A stretch of DNA of 64,000 nucleotides. It comes from Cenarchaeum sp. Its GTDB lineage: Archaea; Thermoproteota; Nitrososphaeria; Nitrososphaerales; Nitrosopumilaceae. Of this stretch, positions 40,975 to 50,817 are shown piece after piece. Positions within the stretch are counted from its first letter, which is position 1. Every line of letters begins with the position of its first letter. The notes below the pieces were generated by a model. The model ran no database searches and was not told the DNA's origin. It saw only the letters and a list, made by a program, of their open reading frames with translations. The translations under genes and the position numbers were made by a program. The DNA is taken from positions 1,824,001 through 1,888,000 of the forward strand of contig CBDESU010000001.1 of the NCBI GenBank assembly GCA_965242695.1. The letters run 5' to 3'.

Positions 40975-41281
40975 ACCGGATCATCTCCAACGAGTCGCAG
41001 TCGGAACCAAAGTACTTGCTGAGGCAGCCATCAAACTCTGCCGGCTCTTTGAGATCCTCGGGGCCCATGCCCACCAAGGCGAGAAGGTACTCGCGCATGG
41101 CCTTGTTCTCCATCTCCACGTACGGCCGCTCCCACTCGCGCTGCGCCGCCACCAACCTTCTCAGCTCGTCCTTCGGTATCTCCGCGGAGCGGTCAATGAC
41201 CTCTCGGTTGAAGCGGGCGACCGAGTCGTGGTACTCTTGGGGCAGGGGGTCGATGTACACGGGCTCATTGCGTACTCCCAT
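40952..41281 (-). CDS. Putative antitoxin, copy A (overlaps the PIN gene)
   Basis: 109 aa ending DSLEMIRSVR (VapB-like tail); cttaata about 25 nt upstream. Confidence 0.7.
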   Translation of the reverse strand: MGVRNEPVYIDPLPQEYHDSVARFNREVIDRSAEIPKDELRRLVAAQREWERPYVEMENKAMREYLLALVGMGPEDLKEPAEFDGCLSKYFGSDCDSLEMIRSVRGRGS

Positions 41282-41394
41282 GAAAGGCCGGCGCATGGGC
41301 CTCATATTAAGATTCCACCGCTAGGCCGAAGTCTACAGGGGCGGCGGGGCATAGACAGTAGCGGAGGCGGCGCGCTGGCGTCCCCGGCGCACCG

Positions 41395-41724
41395 CTACGA
41401 CCCTCTTCCGCGCACAGCCCTGACCATCTCCACCGAGTCGCAATCGGAACCAAAGTACCTGCTGAGAAATCCTGGGCCATCGGGCGGCTTCTTGAACTCC
41501 TCGGGGTCTATGCCCACTAGGGCGGCAAGGTACTCGCGCATGGCCTTGTTCTCCATCTGCATGTACGGCCACCTCCGCTTGCGCTCCGCCTCCATCAGCC
41601 TTTCCAATTCGTCCTTTGGTATCTCCGCGGAGCGGTCAATGACCTCTCGGTTGAAGCGGGCGACCGAGTCGTGGTACTCTTGGGGCAGGGGGTCGATGTA
41701 CACGGGCTCATTGCGTACTCCCAT
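41395..41724 (-). CDS. Putative antitoxin, copy B
   Basis: Paralog of copy A at a 443-bp period, with its own cttaata box. Confidence 0.7.
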   Translation of the reverse strand: MGVRNEPVYIDPLPQEYHDSVARFNREVIDRSAEIPKDELERLMEAERKRRWPYMQMENKAMREYLAALVGIDPEEFKKPPDGPGFLSRYFGSDCDSVEMVRAVRGRGS

Positions 41725-41847
41725 GAAAGGCCGGCGCATGGGCCTCATATTAAGATTCCACCGCTAGGCCGAAGTCTACAGGGGCGGCGGGGCATAGACA
41801 GTAGCGGAGGCGGCGCGCTGGCGCCGGCAAGTGCCCCCGGCGCACCG

Positions 41848-42180
41848 CTACGGCCCTCTTCCGCGCACAGACCTGATCATCTCCAACGAGTCGCAGTCGG
41901 AACCAAAGTACTTGGCAAGGAACCCCGGGCCCCCGAGTGGTTTTTTGAACTCCTCGGGATCTATGCCCGCCAAGGCGGCAAGGTACTCGCGCATGGCCTT
42001 GTTCTCCATCTCCACGTACGGCCGCTCCCACTCGCGCTGCGCCGCCACCAGCCTTCTCAGCTCGTCCTTTGGTATCTCCGCGGAGCGGTCAATGACCTCT
42101 CGGTTGAAGCGGGCGACCGAGTCGTGATACTCTTGGGGCAGGGGGTCGACGTACACTGCCTTATCATTGCGTACTCCCAT
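41848..42180 (-). CDS. Putative antitoxin, copy C
   Basis: Third paralog; upstream box altered to cttgata. Confidence 0.7.
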   Translation of the reverse strand: MGVRNDKAVYVDPLPQEYHDSVARFNREVIDRSAEIPKDELRRLVAAQREWERPYVEMENKAMREYLAALAGIDPEEFKKPLGGPGFLAKYFGSDCDSLEMIRSVRGRGP

Positions 42181-42311
42181 GAAAGGCCGGCGCAGGGGGC
42201 CCCATATCAAGATTCCGTCGCCGGGCAAAAGCGTGGCACGGGGCGGCGCAGGACGGCGCCGTGGGCGCGGCCGTCGAGGCGGTCGCCAGTGGCCCCGTCT
42301 GCAGGCCGATG

Positions 42312-42962
42312 CTATCCGGCGCCGGCCGACAGGGCGGCCCGCGCAAAGTGCACCCCGAACGGCTGGCAGTACACGACGGCCGTGTCGTACCCGTCAACCC
42401 CGAGGCCCGTAATGTCGTAGTTCTGATCGCCCCTGCTCCCCTTTAGCTTTGCGACGTGCACGCCGCCGTCGACGTCGCCGCCCCTTGTCAGGTACACGCG
42501 CAGGTCGGGCCCGTTAGTGACCTCGAAATCCTCAAACCGCAGGTATACGGCCCCGCCGGCCAAGACCACCTTGGCCGTCCCCTCCGCGCGGTGGCCGGCC
42601 ACCCCCTCGAACTGCCCCGTCCTTGTGACGCGCGCCTCTTCTTCCGGCCCCGCAGCGCCGGAGCCGGGCATCCCCTCGCCCGGGGCGTCCGTCGCCGCGC
42701 GCGCGGCGGCCTCCATCACCATGGATACGGTCCGCGCCGGCATGCGCCCTGCCAGCGGCGCCCTCTCGCCGTCGGGCATCGACGAGAACTCTTCGAGCGT
42801 CAGCCCGGCGCGCACCTCGCCGAGTGCCGCTTCCAGGCCCGCAGCGCCTGCGGGCGGCGGCTCGTCGACGACCGTATCGTAGAACAGGGGCGATGCAAGC
42901 GCGGCCGCGGCAACGGCCGCAGCAGCGGCCGCCCCCGCCGCAGCCCACAGTGCGCGCCGCAT
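42312..42962 (-). CDS. DM13-domain secreted protein
   Basis: Signal peptide; GHRAEGTA, LRFEDFEVTNGPDLRVYL, LKGSRGDQNY, VVYCQPFGVHF. Confidence 0.9.
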   Translation of the reverse strand: MRRALWAAAGAAAAAAVAAAALASPLFYDTVVDEPPPAGAAGLEAALGEVRAGLTLEEFSSMPDGERAPLAGRMPARTVSMVMEAAARAATDAPGEGMPGSGAAGPEEEARVTRTGQFEGVAGHRAEGTAKVVLAGGAVYLRFEDFEVTNGPDLRVYLTRGGDVDGGVHVAKLKGSRGDQNYDITGLGVDGYDTAVVYCQPFGVHFARAALSAGAG

Positions 42963-43007
42963 GCGGCGCGACGCCGCTGCCCCCGATATAGACCGTCCGG
43001 CGGGGAT

Positions 43008-45338
43008 CTATACGCCCGGCCCCGAGAGGTAGGTCGGCTTGTCCTCCCTGTACCCCATCTCGTGCGCCTTTTCCCGCAGCCTGCTCGCCTCGTCCGGGCG
43101 GCCCGTCTGTGCCAGGCAAGCGGCCTTGATCTCGTACGTGTCGGGAAACCACGGGACAAACCGGATCGCATCGTCGCAGGCCTTTATGGCGTCGGCCAGC
43201 CGGCCCATCCCGACGAGTATGCGGGCCCTCCCGACGTACATGAACCCCATGTCCGGCTCGATCCGGTTGGCCGCATCGCACGACTCGAGTGCATCTTCGT
43301 TGCGTCCCATGTCGTGCAGCACGAGCGCCCTCATGTAGTGCATGTGCGCGTTTGACGAGTTGAGCGCGATCGCCCTGTCAAGCGACTCGACGGCCTCGAC
43401 ATGGCGGCCGAGCGCCTGCAGGACGGATCCCCTCGCATAGTGCGCGTGGGCGTACGACGGCTCGGCCTCGACGGCCTCGTCCGCGGCCCGGAGCGCATCG
43501 TCGTAGCGGCCTGCCGTCGTGAGCGACATTGCCTTCGATGCGAGTATGTCGCCGTCCGGCCCGACGAGCCGCGCCTCCTCGTCGCATTCTTCGGCCGACT
43601 CCTCAAGCCGGCCCAGCCCGAGCAGGGCATGCCTCCTTGCCGTATGCCCGTCGACGTAGGACGGATCGATCTCGATCGCCCTGTCGGCCGACCGGAGCGC
43701 ATCGCCGTGACTCTTCTCCCCGACGGCCAGCGCGTAGCCGCGCGAGGCGTGCGCGACGGCCGACTCGGGGTCGAGCTCGATCGCCCTGTCCGCCGATGCG
43801 ACGGCCTCTTCGTGGCGGTCGAGCGAGGCGAGCGACCTGGACCGCCAGGCGTGCGCATCCGCAAGGCTCGGGTCAAGCCGGATGGCATCGTCGAGCGCCG
43901 CAATGGCCTCTTCGTGGCGGTTCGACAGGGACAGCGAGGCGCCCGCCTGGCAGCGCAGCGCGGGGCGGTCAGAGGCCGCGGCAGAGGCCGAGTCAAAGGT
44001 CTTGGACAGGTGCCCGGGTGAGGATGCGGGCGCGCCCCCGCGGCCGAGCTTGGCGAGCATCCCGTCCCTCATTGCAGCGGCGCTTGCAAACCCCGGCTCT
44101 ATCTCGAGGGCCCTCTCGAACGCGCCGAGCGCATCCTCGTGGCGGCCGAGCGAGTCGAGTATCAGGCCCTTGAGGTGCCACCCCGACGAGCGCTCCGGCT
44201 CGCACCCAATGGCGCCGCCCACTGGCGCAAGCGCATCCTCGTGGCGGCCGAGCATGTGCAGGGAGGCGGCCTTTCCAAAGTGGGCAAGGTAGTCGCCGGC
44301 GTTTGCCGCTATCGCCTCGTCGAACGATGCGATCGCATCCTCGTGGCGCCCCATCCCCATGAGCGCATCGCCCCTCTCTCGCAGCGCGTTCGGCTCGCGG
44401 CAGCCGAGGCGGATCGCCCGGTCGAGCGACTCGAACGCCTCCCTGCCGCCGCGGCCGGCGCCGAGCAGTGCGTTGCCGAGCCTGTACAGGTGGTACGCCT
44501 CGGTGATGGTTCCGGCCGCCTCGTCGGCCGCGGCGGCCATGACGTCGCCCCCGCCCCCCTCTTTCCTTCCTGCCCGAGGCGCGGCGCTCCGGCGCCGCCC
44601 CGCCTCCCTGATCTCCCCTATGGCCTCGTCGTGGCGCCCCAGGCGGGACAGCGACGAGGCGCGCGCGTAGCGCGCGTGCAGGTTGCCAGGATACCCGCGA
44701 ATCGCCTTGCCGAGCGCCTCGGCCGCCTCGGCGTGCCGTCCCAGTTCGGCAAGGGCAGAGCCCATCCCCTGGTGGGCCAGGTGCGTGCCCGGGTCGAGCC
44801 GTATGGCTCGGCCGAACGACTTTATGGCGTCCCAGTGGCGCCCTAGGGCGAACAGCGCGTTGCCCCTCCCGCAGTAGACGTCGGCGCTTTTGCGGCCGAG
44901 CCGTATCGCGCGGGCAAACGCCCTCTGCGATGCGTCGTGCCGGCCCATTCCGTACAGCACAAACCCCCTTCCAAAGTGCGCCTCGTGCATGCCGGGGTCG
45001 ATCTTGATCGCCCTGCGGTACTCGGCCAGGGCGCCCCTCTGGTCCCCGAGCCCGATCATGATGCGGGCTAGCGAGCACCGCGACGCGTAGCCGCCTGGAT
45101 CGGCCCCCGCGCCCCTGGCGATCTCCTCGCGGGCCTCCCGCACGCGGCCGAGCGCGATCAGGGCGGCGCACCTTCCGCTGCGCGCATCCTTGTATTCCGG
45201 ATCGAGGCGGATCGCCTCGTCGAACGCCTCTAGCGCCTCGGCGTTCCGCCCGCCCTTCAGGAGGGCCCCGGCCCTCTTGCAGTGATCAGCAGCCGCGCCG
45301 CCGCCCTTCTCCGGCCCGCCGCTGCCGCGCCCCGCCAT
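43008..45338 (-). CDS. Long TPR-repeat protein
   Basis: Numerous 34-aa TPR units in blocks separated by Gly/Ala linkers. Confidence 0.9.
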   Translation of the reverse strand: MAGRGSGGPEKGGGAAADHCKRAGALLKGGRNAEALEAFDEAIRLDPEYKDARSGRCAALIALGRVREAREEIARGAGADPGGYASRCSLARIMIGLGDQRGALAEYRRAIKIDPGMHEAHFGRGFVLYGMGRHDASQRAFARAIRLGRKSADVYCGRGNALFALGRHWDAIKSFGRAIRLDPGTHLAHQGMGSALAELGRHAEAAEALGKAIRGYPGNLHARYARASSLSRLGRHDEAIGEIREAGRRRSAAPRAGRKEGGGGDVMAAAADEAAGTITEAYHLYRLGNALLGAGRGGREAFESLDRAIRLGCREPNALRERGDALMGMGRHEDAIASFDEAIAANAGDYLAHFGKAASLHMLGRHEDALAPVGGAIGCEPERSSGWHLKGLILDSLGRHEDALGAFERALEIEPGFASAAAMRDGMLAKLGRGGAPASSPGHLSKTFDSASAAASDRPALRCQAGASLSLSNRHEEAIAALDDAIRLDPSLADAHAWRSRSLASLDRHEEAVASADRAIELDPESAVAHASRGYALAVGEKSHGDALRSADRAIEIDPSYVDGHTARRHALLGLGRLEESAEECDEEARLVGPDGDILASKAMSLTTAGRYDDALRAADEAVEAEPSYAHAHYARGSVLQALGRHVEAVESLDRAIALNSSNAHMHYMRALVLHDMGRNEDALESCDAANRIEPDMGFMYVGRARILVGMGRLADAIKACDDAIRFVPWFPDTYEIKAACLAQTGRPDEASRLREKAHEMGYREDKPTYLSGPGV

Positions 45339-45419
45339 GCCGGCGCCCTGCACGGACGCTTTTTATCCGTGCCGCGCGGCCGATCGCATCCCGCGTGCCG
45401 GGCCTCCGCGATCCTGCGC

Positions 45420-47003
45420 CTAGGGCCGATCCGCCTCGCCGCCGCGTTGCAGTGCGCGGAGGATGCCGGCCCGAATGCTGCGGCTCTTCCCGTCCTCCGG
45501 CCTGAGTCTCAGCGCCTCGTCGACCGACTCGAGGGCGTCCGCATGGCGGCCGAGGCTGCGCAGTATCTGGGCCCTCATGCGGTGCGCCGCATGCCTGGAC
45601 GGATCGAGGCGGATCGACTCGTCGGCCGACTCGAGGGCGTCGGCGACGCGGCCGGCGTCGAGTAGGATTGCGGCGCGGAGGCCGTACGACGGGGCGTCGC
45701 TTGGTTTGAGGCGGATCGCCCTGTCGACGGCCTTGGCCGCATCGGCGCAGCGGCCGAGCATCTGGAGCGAGTACGCCCGGGTGTAGCGCGAGGCGTAGTT
45801 GGCCGGATCGAGGCGGATCGCCCTGTTGACGGATGCAAGGGCCGCCTTGTGCCGGCCCTTGTCCCCGAGTATCACGGCCCGCAGGTGGTGAAACTCCCCG
45901 CTGTCCGGAACGCGGAGGATCGCCTCGTCGATCGCTGCGAGCGCCGCCCTGTGGCGTCCAAGGGCGCGGAGGGCGCGCGCCCTTGCGGCAACGTAGTCGT
46001 GCGCCGAGGGATCGAGTCGGATCGCCCTGTCGATGGCCTGCAGGGCCCCCTTGTGGCGGCCAAGGCGGCCTAGTATCTCGGCCCTCGTGCTGTGGTGGTA
46101 GGGCCGGTCGGGATCGGCCCGGATCGCCTTGTTGGCCGCCTGCAGGGCCTTTCCGTACCGGCCGTTGTTGCACATGACCATCGCCAAGAGGTGGTGATCC
46201 CGCGCGGGGCTCGAGTCGGATATCCCGGACTTGTTGGCCGCCTGCAGCGCCCCCCTGTAGCTGCCAAGGGCGTTGAGCAGGGCGGCCCTTGTGCGGTGGG
46301 CGTGCGGGTTTGACGGGTCCAGGCGGATCGACCGGTTGATCGCACCGAGCGCCTCCTTGCGGCGGCCGAGCGACTCTAGGATCACGGACCGCAGGTGGTG
46401 GGCAGTCGGATCGGACGAGTAGATGCGGATCGACCTGTTGATCTCCGAGAGCGCCTCGTCGTGGCGGTGGAGATGGTGCAGCGACCTTGCCAGCTCGTCG
46501 TGCGGCCCGGCCGCGTCGGGGTCGAGACGGGCCGCCTCGTCGGCCGCCTCTAGCGAGTCCTCGATACGGCCGAGGTCGCGCAGAATGCGCGCCCTCGTCG
46601 AGTGCAGCGGCGCGTCGTACGGGCTGGCGCGCACGGCCCCCTCTACGACGGCGAGCGCCTCGTCGAGGCGGCCGAGGGTGCGCATGATGTCCGCCCGCAG
46701 GCTGTGCATCTTTGGGTCGTACGGGACGCTGCGCCGCGCCGCCTCGTCGGCCGCCCCGAGCGCCTCTTCGTCGCGGTTCATGAACCAGAGCGCCCTTGCC
46801 CTCGTGGCGTGGACGCCCGGGTACGACGGCTCGAGGCGGATCGACTCGTCGGCGGCGGCAAGGGCCTCTTCGTGGCGGCCAAGATCGTGGAGGGCATCGG
46901 CCCTTGCGTGGTGGAGGTAGGGGTTGGAGGCGTCAAGGCGGATCGCGGCATCAATGGCGGCAAGATCCGCCTCGCGTGGGCTGCCGCTGCCCCCGCCCGT
47001 CAT
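45420..47003 (-). CDS. TPR-repeat protein
   Basis: Repeated LGRHxxALxAxDxAIRLDP units. Confidence 0.9.
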   Translation of the reverse strand: MTGGGSGSPREADLAAIDAAIRLDASNPYLHHARADALHDLGRHEEALAAADESIRLEPSYPGVHATRARALWFMNRDEEALGAADEAARRSVPYDPKMHSLRADIMRTLGRLDEALAVVEGAVRASPYDAPLHSTRARILRDLGRIEDSLEAADEAARLDPDAAGPHDELARSLHHLHRHDEALSEINRSIRIYSSDPTAHHLRSVILESLGRRKEALGAINRSIRLDPSNPHAHRTRAALLNALGSYRGALQAANKSGISDSSPARDHHLLAMVMCNNGRYGKALQAANKAIRADPDRPYHHSTRAEILGRLGRHKGALQAIDRAIRLDPSAHDYVAARARALRALGRHRAALAAIDEAILRVPDSGEFHHLRAVILGDKGRHKAALASVNRAIRLDPANYASRYTRAYSLQMLGRCADAAKAVDRAIRLKPSDAPSYGLRAAILLDAGRVADALESADESIRLDPSRHAAHRMRAQILRSLGRHADALESVDEALRLRPEDGKSRSIRAGILRALQRGGEADRP

Positions 47004-47320
47004 GATCCCGCCTCCCCCTCCTCGGCGGCACGCGCGCTGTGCGGCGGACTGCGCCGCGATGCGAATCGTGACGCCGGCCGCCCGGCCGCGGCAGTCCTGC
47101 TCCGCCCCGCATTCACGCCGGCGCGTCCCGGACGGCCCCTTTATTCGTGCCGCGGCCGGCTGCGCGCATCTCCCGCGCGCCGCCGAACCGTTCGTGCGCC
47201 AAGGGCGAAGGCTCTGCCTGGTCGGCCCATGCGCAGGCGCGACGCTACGGCGGAGTGCATGCGATCGGGCAGGGACATAGATCGCCCTGGCGGTCGCCCC
47301 GCACGGCGGCCTCCTGCCGG

Positions 47321-47625
47321 CTAGGGCACGGCACACTGGGCGCTGTACGTGACGCTCTGGGTGATCGCATCTCCCTGCACCGCATCGTACGGAGTCAGGT
47401 TCAGCTTGAACCAGATATCCCTCAAGTCTCCGCCGCCGAGCCCCGCGGCCACAGCCGTCCCCCCGCCGACGGACGCGTAGGCGCCACCGGCGCTCTCCTC
47501 GCCCACCTCGGTCAGGCCGGCCGGCAGGGACGTGTCGATGCGCGCGACAAGGGCGCTTGATGCCGTGCCGTTGCCCGTTTCCGACACGCGGAAGGGCAGG
47601 GGCGAAGAAACACCCTGCTTCGAAT
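47321..47625 (-). pseudogene. Probable C-terminal remnant of a beta-rich surface protein
   Basis: PLPFRVSETGNG...DIWFKLNL...GDAITQSVTYSAQC; no convincing own start, abuts the neighbouring gene. Confidence 0.4.
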
Positions 47626-47627
47626 CA

Positions 47628-48218
47628 TTAATCCGATCGAAACATCCCTCGCTTTTGGATCTCGCTGAACGCATCGTCTACGACTTCGTCGCGGCACCAC
47701 ATCTGCTCCTTTATCGCACCCCTCATCCAGTCCAAGTCCTTCCTGTAGTCTATGTTCATGTCGAGCAGGGACAGTGCCGCGCACATCCACTCGGCGCTCC
47801 TGCCTGACGCAAGGTCAAGGAACTCGCCGGTGCGGAACGAGGCAGGCATGCTGGGCTGCGCGGCCTCGTACACGGCGCGGTCCTCGCCCGAGAGCCTGTA
47901 TATCCCATCGGCCATCTCGTCGGAGACGGGCCCGTTGCTGAACGAGGCGAACTCGAACCCCATGTCAAGTCCATGGTACAGGGCCAAAAAGGCGCACTGT
48001 TCGATCCTGTCGACCACGACGAGGCCCCCTTCGCCGGCGGGTAGCGGCCGCTGCCCGAACTCGACGATCCCGTTTGCCGCCAGGAACTTTGTGAACCTAG
48101 CAAGGGGCGGCAGCATCTCGGGACGCGCCCTCATGCCGATCATGGCAAGGCGCTGCTCGCGCGTCAGGGTCGTGCGTTGCTGGACGCGGGCAGGAAACAC
48201 CATCGTTGCGAGCGCCAT
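47628..48218 (-). CDS. SocA/Panacea (DUF4065/YwgA)-like protein
   Basis: RIEQCAFLALYHGLDMGFEFASFSNGPVSDEMADGIY resembles the LQKxxYL...GYxF...GPxS motif. Confidence 0.55.
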   Translation of the reverse strand: MALATMVFPARVQQRTTLTREQRLAMIGMRARPEMLPPLARFTKFLAANGIVEFGQRPLPAGEGGLVVVDRIEQCAFLALYHGLDMGFEFASFSNGPVSDEMADGIYRLSGEDRAVYEAAQPSMPASFRTGEFLDLASGRSAEWMCAALSLLDMNIDYRKDLDWMRGAIKEQMWCRDEVVDDAFSEIQKRGMFRSD

Positions 48219-48606
48219 GGCCGGCCCACGCCAGTCTGCCCATTAAGGCTTTGCGCCCGTCAGGTTCCGCCCGCGGCGCGCATTCGGGCCCCTTCGCACA
48301 CGTCGACGCAGGGTACAGCGCCGCATGCCGAGGGAGGGACGGATCGGGCAGGGGTGACACTGCCAGCGTCGGCGCGTGGCCGCCTGCACCACAGCCGGCA
48401 GGTGGGAGGATATGCAGGGAGGAGACCAGGGGCCGCGTGCATGTTGCGGCCGGCCGCCTGGTCCGCAGTTCGCCGCAGGCCACGCTCCAGGCGCGCGACG
48501 ATTCGGCAGCGCCAGCGGTCCCGGGCCGGCCGGCATGCGGCGCCGCACCTGCCCGACCGCCGCCGCCGCCATGCTATTTACCCCCGCGCGCCGCCGCTGG
48601 CCCCGA

Positions 48607-49566
48607 ATGCACCAGGATCGCTCCGTCCTTGCGGCCATCGCCGTGGCCGCCTCGCCGATCATATTTGCGCTCGCCGCGTACCCCGACTCGCTCGCCATGG
48701 GGTGGAACCAGGGGAGGGGCGGATTCCTGTTCGGCCTCGCGTTCATCGCCGCCGAGCTCGTCGGGCTGCGCGTCTCGGTGCCCCGCTCCCGCATACTCGC
48801 CGCCATCCCCCTCGCGGCGGCCGCCATCGCGTACATTGCCGCCGTCGAAGGGGGCCTGCGCGGCGCCATAGAGGCGGCAGCCCCGGACTACGGCGTAGAG
48901 CTCGTATTCTCGTGGGTGTGGCTGTGGGACTATGCCGTCATTACCGCCTTTGTCGTGGCCGCAATGTCGCTGTTCTTTGGGAGGCGGTGGATAAGGATCG
49001 CCCCCGCCGGCCCCATATTCCTCGGCGGCAGCGCCATCATACTCGCCCTCGACGCCTTCTTTCCGTACGACTCGCTTGGCCCCCTCCAGTTCTTCGTGCC
49101 GTACCTGGTCGACCTCAACGTGTGGCTCGTCCAGCTCTTCGACCTGGGCGTCGCGACGGCCCGCGACAACCTCATGTTCCTCAGGGGCGACCACGGCCCG
49201 TTCGCGCTGCAGGTGTTCTGGCCGTCTGCCGGCGTGCACAGCGTCGTTATATACTCGCTCGTAATGATGGCGTTCCTGCTCAAGATGAACATACCCCGCG
49301 GCCGCAAGTCCGCCTGGTTTGCGATCGGCATCGCCGGCACGATAGGCGTCAACGTCGTGCGCATATTCGCCCTGTCGTGGTACGCCCTAAAGGTGACGAC
49401 GGACACCGCAAAGTGGGAGGAGTTCCACTCGGTCGCCGGCGAGATCATGTTCCTGCCGTGGCTGTTCGCGTTCCTCCTCGTCGTAATGCTCGTCGAGGGC
49501 AGGCGCCTGCGCAGGTCCGGCGCCAGGGAGGCAGAGGCCGCCGCGGGCCCGCAGCGGCCCCCCTAG
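48607..49566 (+). CDS. Thaumarchaeosortase (exosortase/archaeosortase family)
   Basis: Multi-pass membrane protein; VFWPSAGVHS (Ser at the catalytic position), NVVRI, EEFHS. Confidence 0.9.
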   Translation: MHQDRSVLAAIAVAASPIIFALAAYPDSLAMGWNQGRGGFLFGLAFIAAELVGLRVSVPRSRILAAIPLAAAAIAYIAAVEGGLRGAIEAAAPDYGVELVFSWVWLWDYAVITAFVVAAMSLFFGRRWIRIAPAGPIFLGGSAIILALDAFFPYDSLGPLQFFVPYLVDLNVWLVQLFDLGVATARDNLMFLRGDHGPFALQVFWPSAGVHSVVIYSLVMMAFLLKMNIPRGRKSAWFAIGIAGTIGVNVVRIFALSWYALKVTTDTAKWEEFHSVAGEIMFLPWLFAFLLVVMLVEGRRLRRSGAREAEAAAGPQRPP

Positions 49567-50721
49567 TCACGTGAACATGTCCATGCTGCTCTGGCCGCGC
49601 ATGTCGGAGAGCTCGGATATCCTCACGCCGAGGCGCCGGACGGGCGCCTCCTCCGCGGCCCCGCCGACGAGCGCATCGCGCAGCAGCAGCTCGGCCACTC
49701 GAATCATCTCGGACTTGTCGGCCGTCGGGGCCCGCAGCATGCGCGAGCGCGTCCTCTGCGACATGTCGGCCAGGACTAGCTGCACGCCGACGGACCGGAA
49801 CAGCTTGCGGTCGGCCGAGACCGATCCGTGCAGGTCGGAACAGAGCGCGGGCAGCGATCCGGCCAGGAAGTCGTACTCGGCCGAGTCGCGCTTGAGCGTC
49901 ACTATCCGGCTGTACTGCACCCTCGGCTCGCGCTCGGCGACGGGATCGCCGCTGCGGCCGAACGCGGCCGCGTGGATGTGCGCGCCGATCTTTCGCCCGA
50001 ACTCGCGCTGCAGTTCAAAGACGTCGGCGGCGCGCAGGTCGCCTATCTTTTGCATGCCCATCTCGGCCAGCCGCCTCTCGGTCTTGCCGCCTATGCCCGG
50101 TATGTCGCGTATGCCAACCTTGTCGAGGAAGGCCTCTACCATCTCGGGCTTTACGACGGTCAGGCCGTCGGGCTTGTTGTAGTCTGACGCAATCTTCGAG
50201 AGGAGTTTGTTCGGCGTGACTCCGACCGAGCACGTCAGGCGCGTCCTCTCGCGCACCGCGTTCTTGACCTTTTGCGCCGTATGCGATGCCTTTTCCAGGT
50301 CGCCGCCCGAGCTGCTCGTGACGTCGAGGTACGCCTCGTCCCTGCCGACGTACTCGAACGCGTCGGCAAACCCGCGCATCGCGTCCATGGCGGCCTGCGA
50401 GACGTCCGAGTAGTGGTCAAAGTCGGTCGGCAGGAACGCCGCCCTCGGCTCGGCCGAGAGCCGCCTCCTCGCGAACGCGATCGGCATGCCCGACTTTACG
50501 CCGTACTTGCGCGCCTCGTAGTTTGCGGTGGCGACGGCGCCGCTGTCGCCGCCCCTGCCCGAGAAGACGCAGACGACGACGGGGCCGGTGCGCAGCTCTG
50601 GGCGCCTCACCTCCTCGCACTGGGCGTAAAAGTAGTCAAAGTCGACGTGCAGTATGGCCCTCTTGTCGCCGGCCGCCGGGCCCCCGTCCCCGGCCGCCGC
50701 GTCGACGATTCCGATCGACAC
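49567..50721 (-). CDS. dinB: Y-family DNA polymerase IV
   Basis: HVDFDYFYAQCEE, ATANYEARKYGVKSGMP, GRDEAYLD, KPDG, PGIGGKT. Confidence 0.96.
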   Translation of the reverse strand: MSIGIVDAAAGDGGPAAGDKRAILHVDFDYFYAQCEEVRRPELRTGPVVVCVFSGRGGDSGAVATANYEARKYGVKSGMPIAFARRRLSAEPRAAFLPTDFDHYSDVSQAAMDAMRGFADAFEYVGRDEAYLDVTSSSGGDLEKASHTAQKVKNAVRERTRLTCSVGVTPNKLLSKIASDYNKPDGLTVVKPEMVEAFLDKVGIRDIPGIGGKTERRLAEMGMQKIGDLRAADVFELQREFGRKIGAHIHAAAFGRSGDPVAEREPRVQYSRIVTLKRDSAEYDFLAGSLPALCSDLHGSVSADRKLFRSVGVQLVLADMSQRTRSRMLRAPTADKSEMIRVAELLLRDALVGGAAEEAPVRRLGVRISELSDMRGQSSMDMFT

Positions 50722-50817
50722 GCGCGCCGCAGGGCATGATCGATTATTACACTATCCGCCCGGGCGGGGCCCCGCCCGACGCACGCCGTATATAGGGAGC
50801 CGCGGAGGGCGCGGGCC

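Larger units (their letters stand above)
40950..42216. repeat. Tandem triplication of a unit of about 445 bp (promoter plus antitoxin gene)
   Basis: Long identical blocks, e.g. ggtatctccgcggagcggtcaatgacctctcggttgaagcgggcgaccgagtcgtg in all three units. Confidence 0.92.

Noticed and set aside
40950-42216. Diversity-generating retroelement template/variable repeats
   Set aside because: Differences are block-wise rather than adenine-specific, and no reverse transcriptase is present in the window.
49200-49245. Missing catalytic Cys in the sortase-family protein as a novelty or inactivation
   Set aside because: Ser in place of Cys is the described feature of thaumarchaeosortases.
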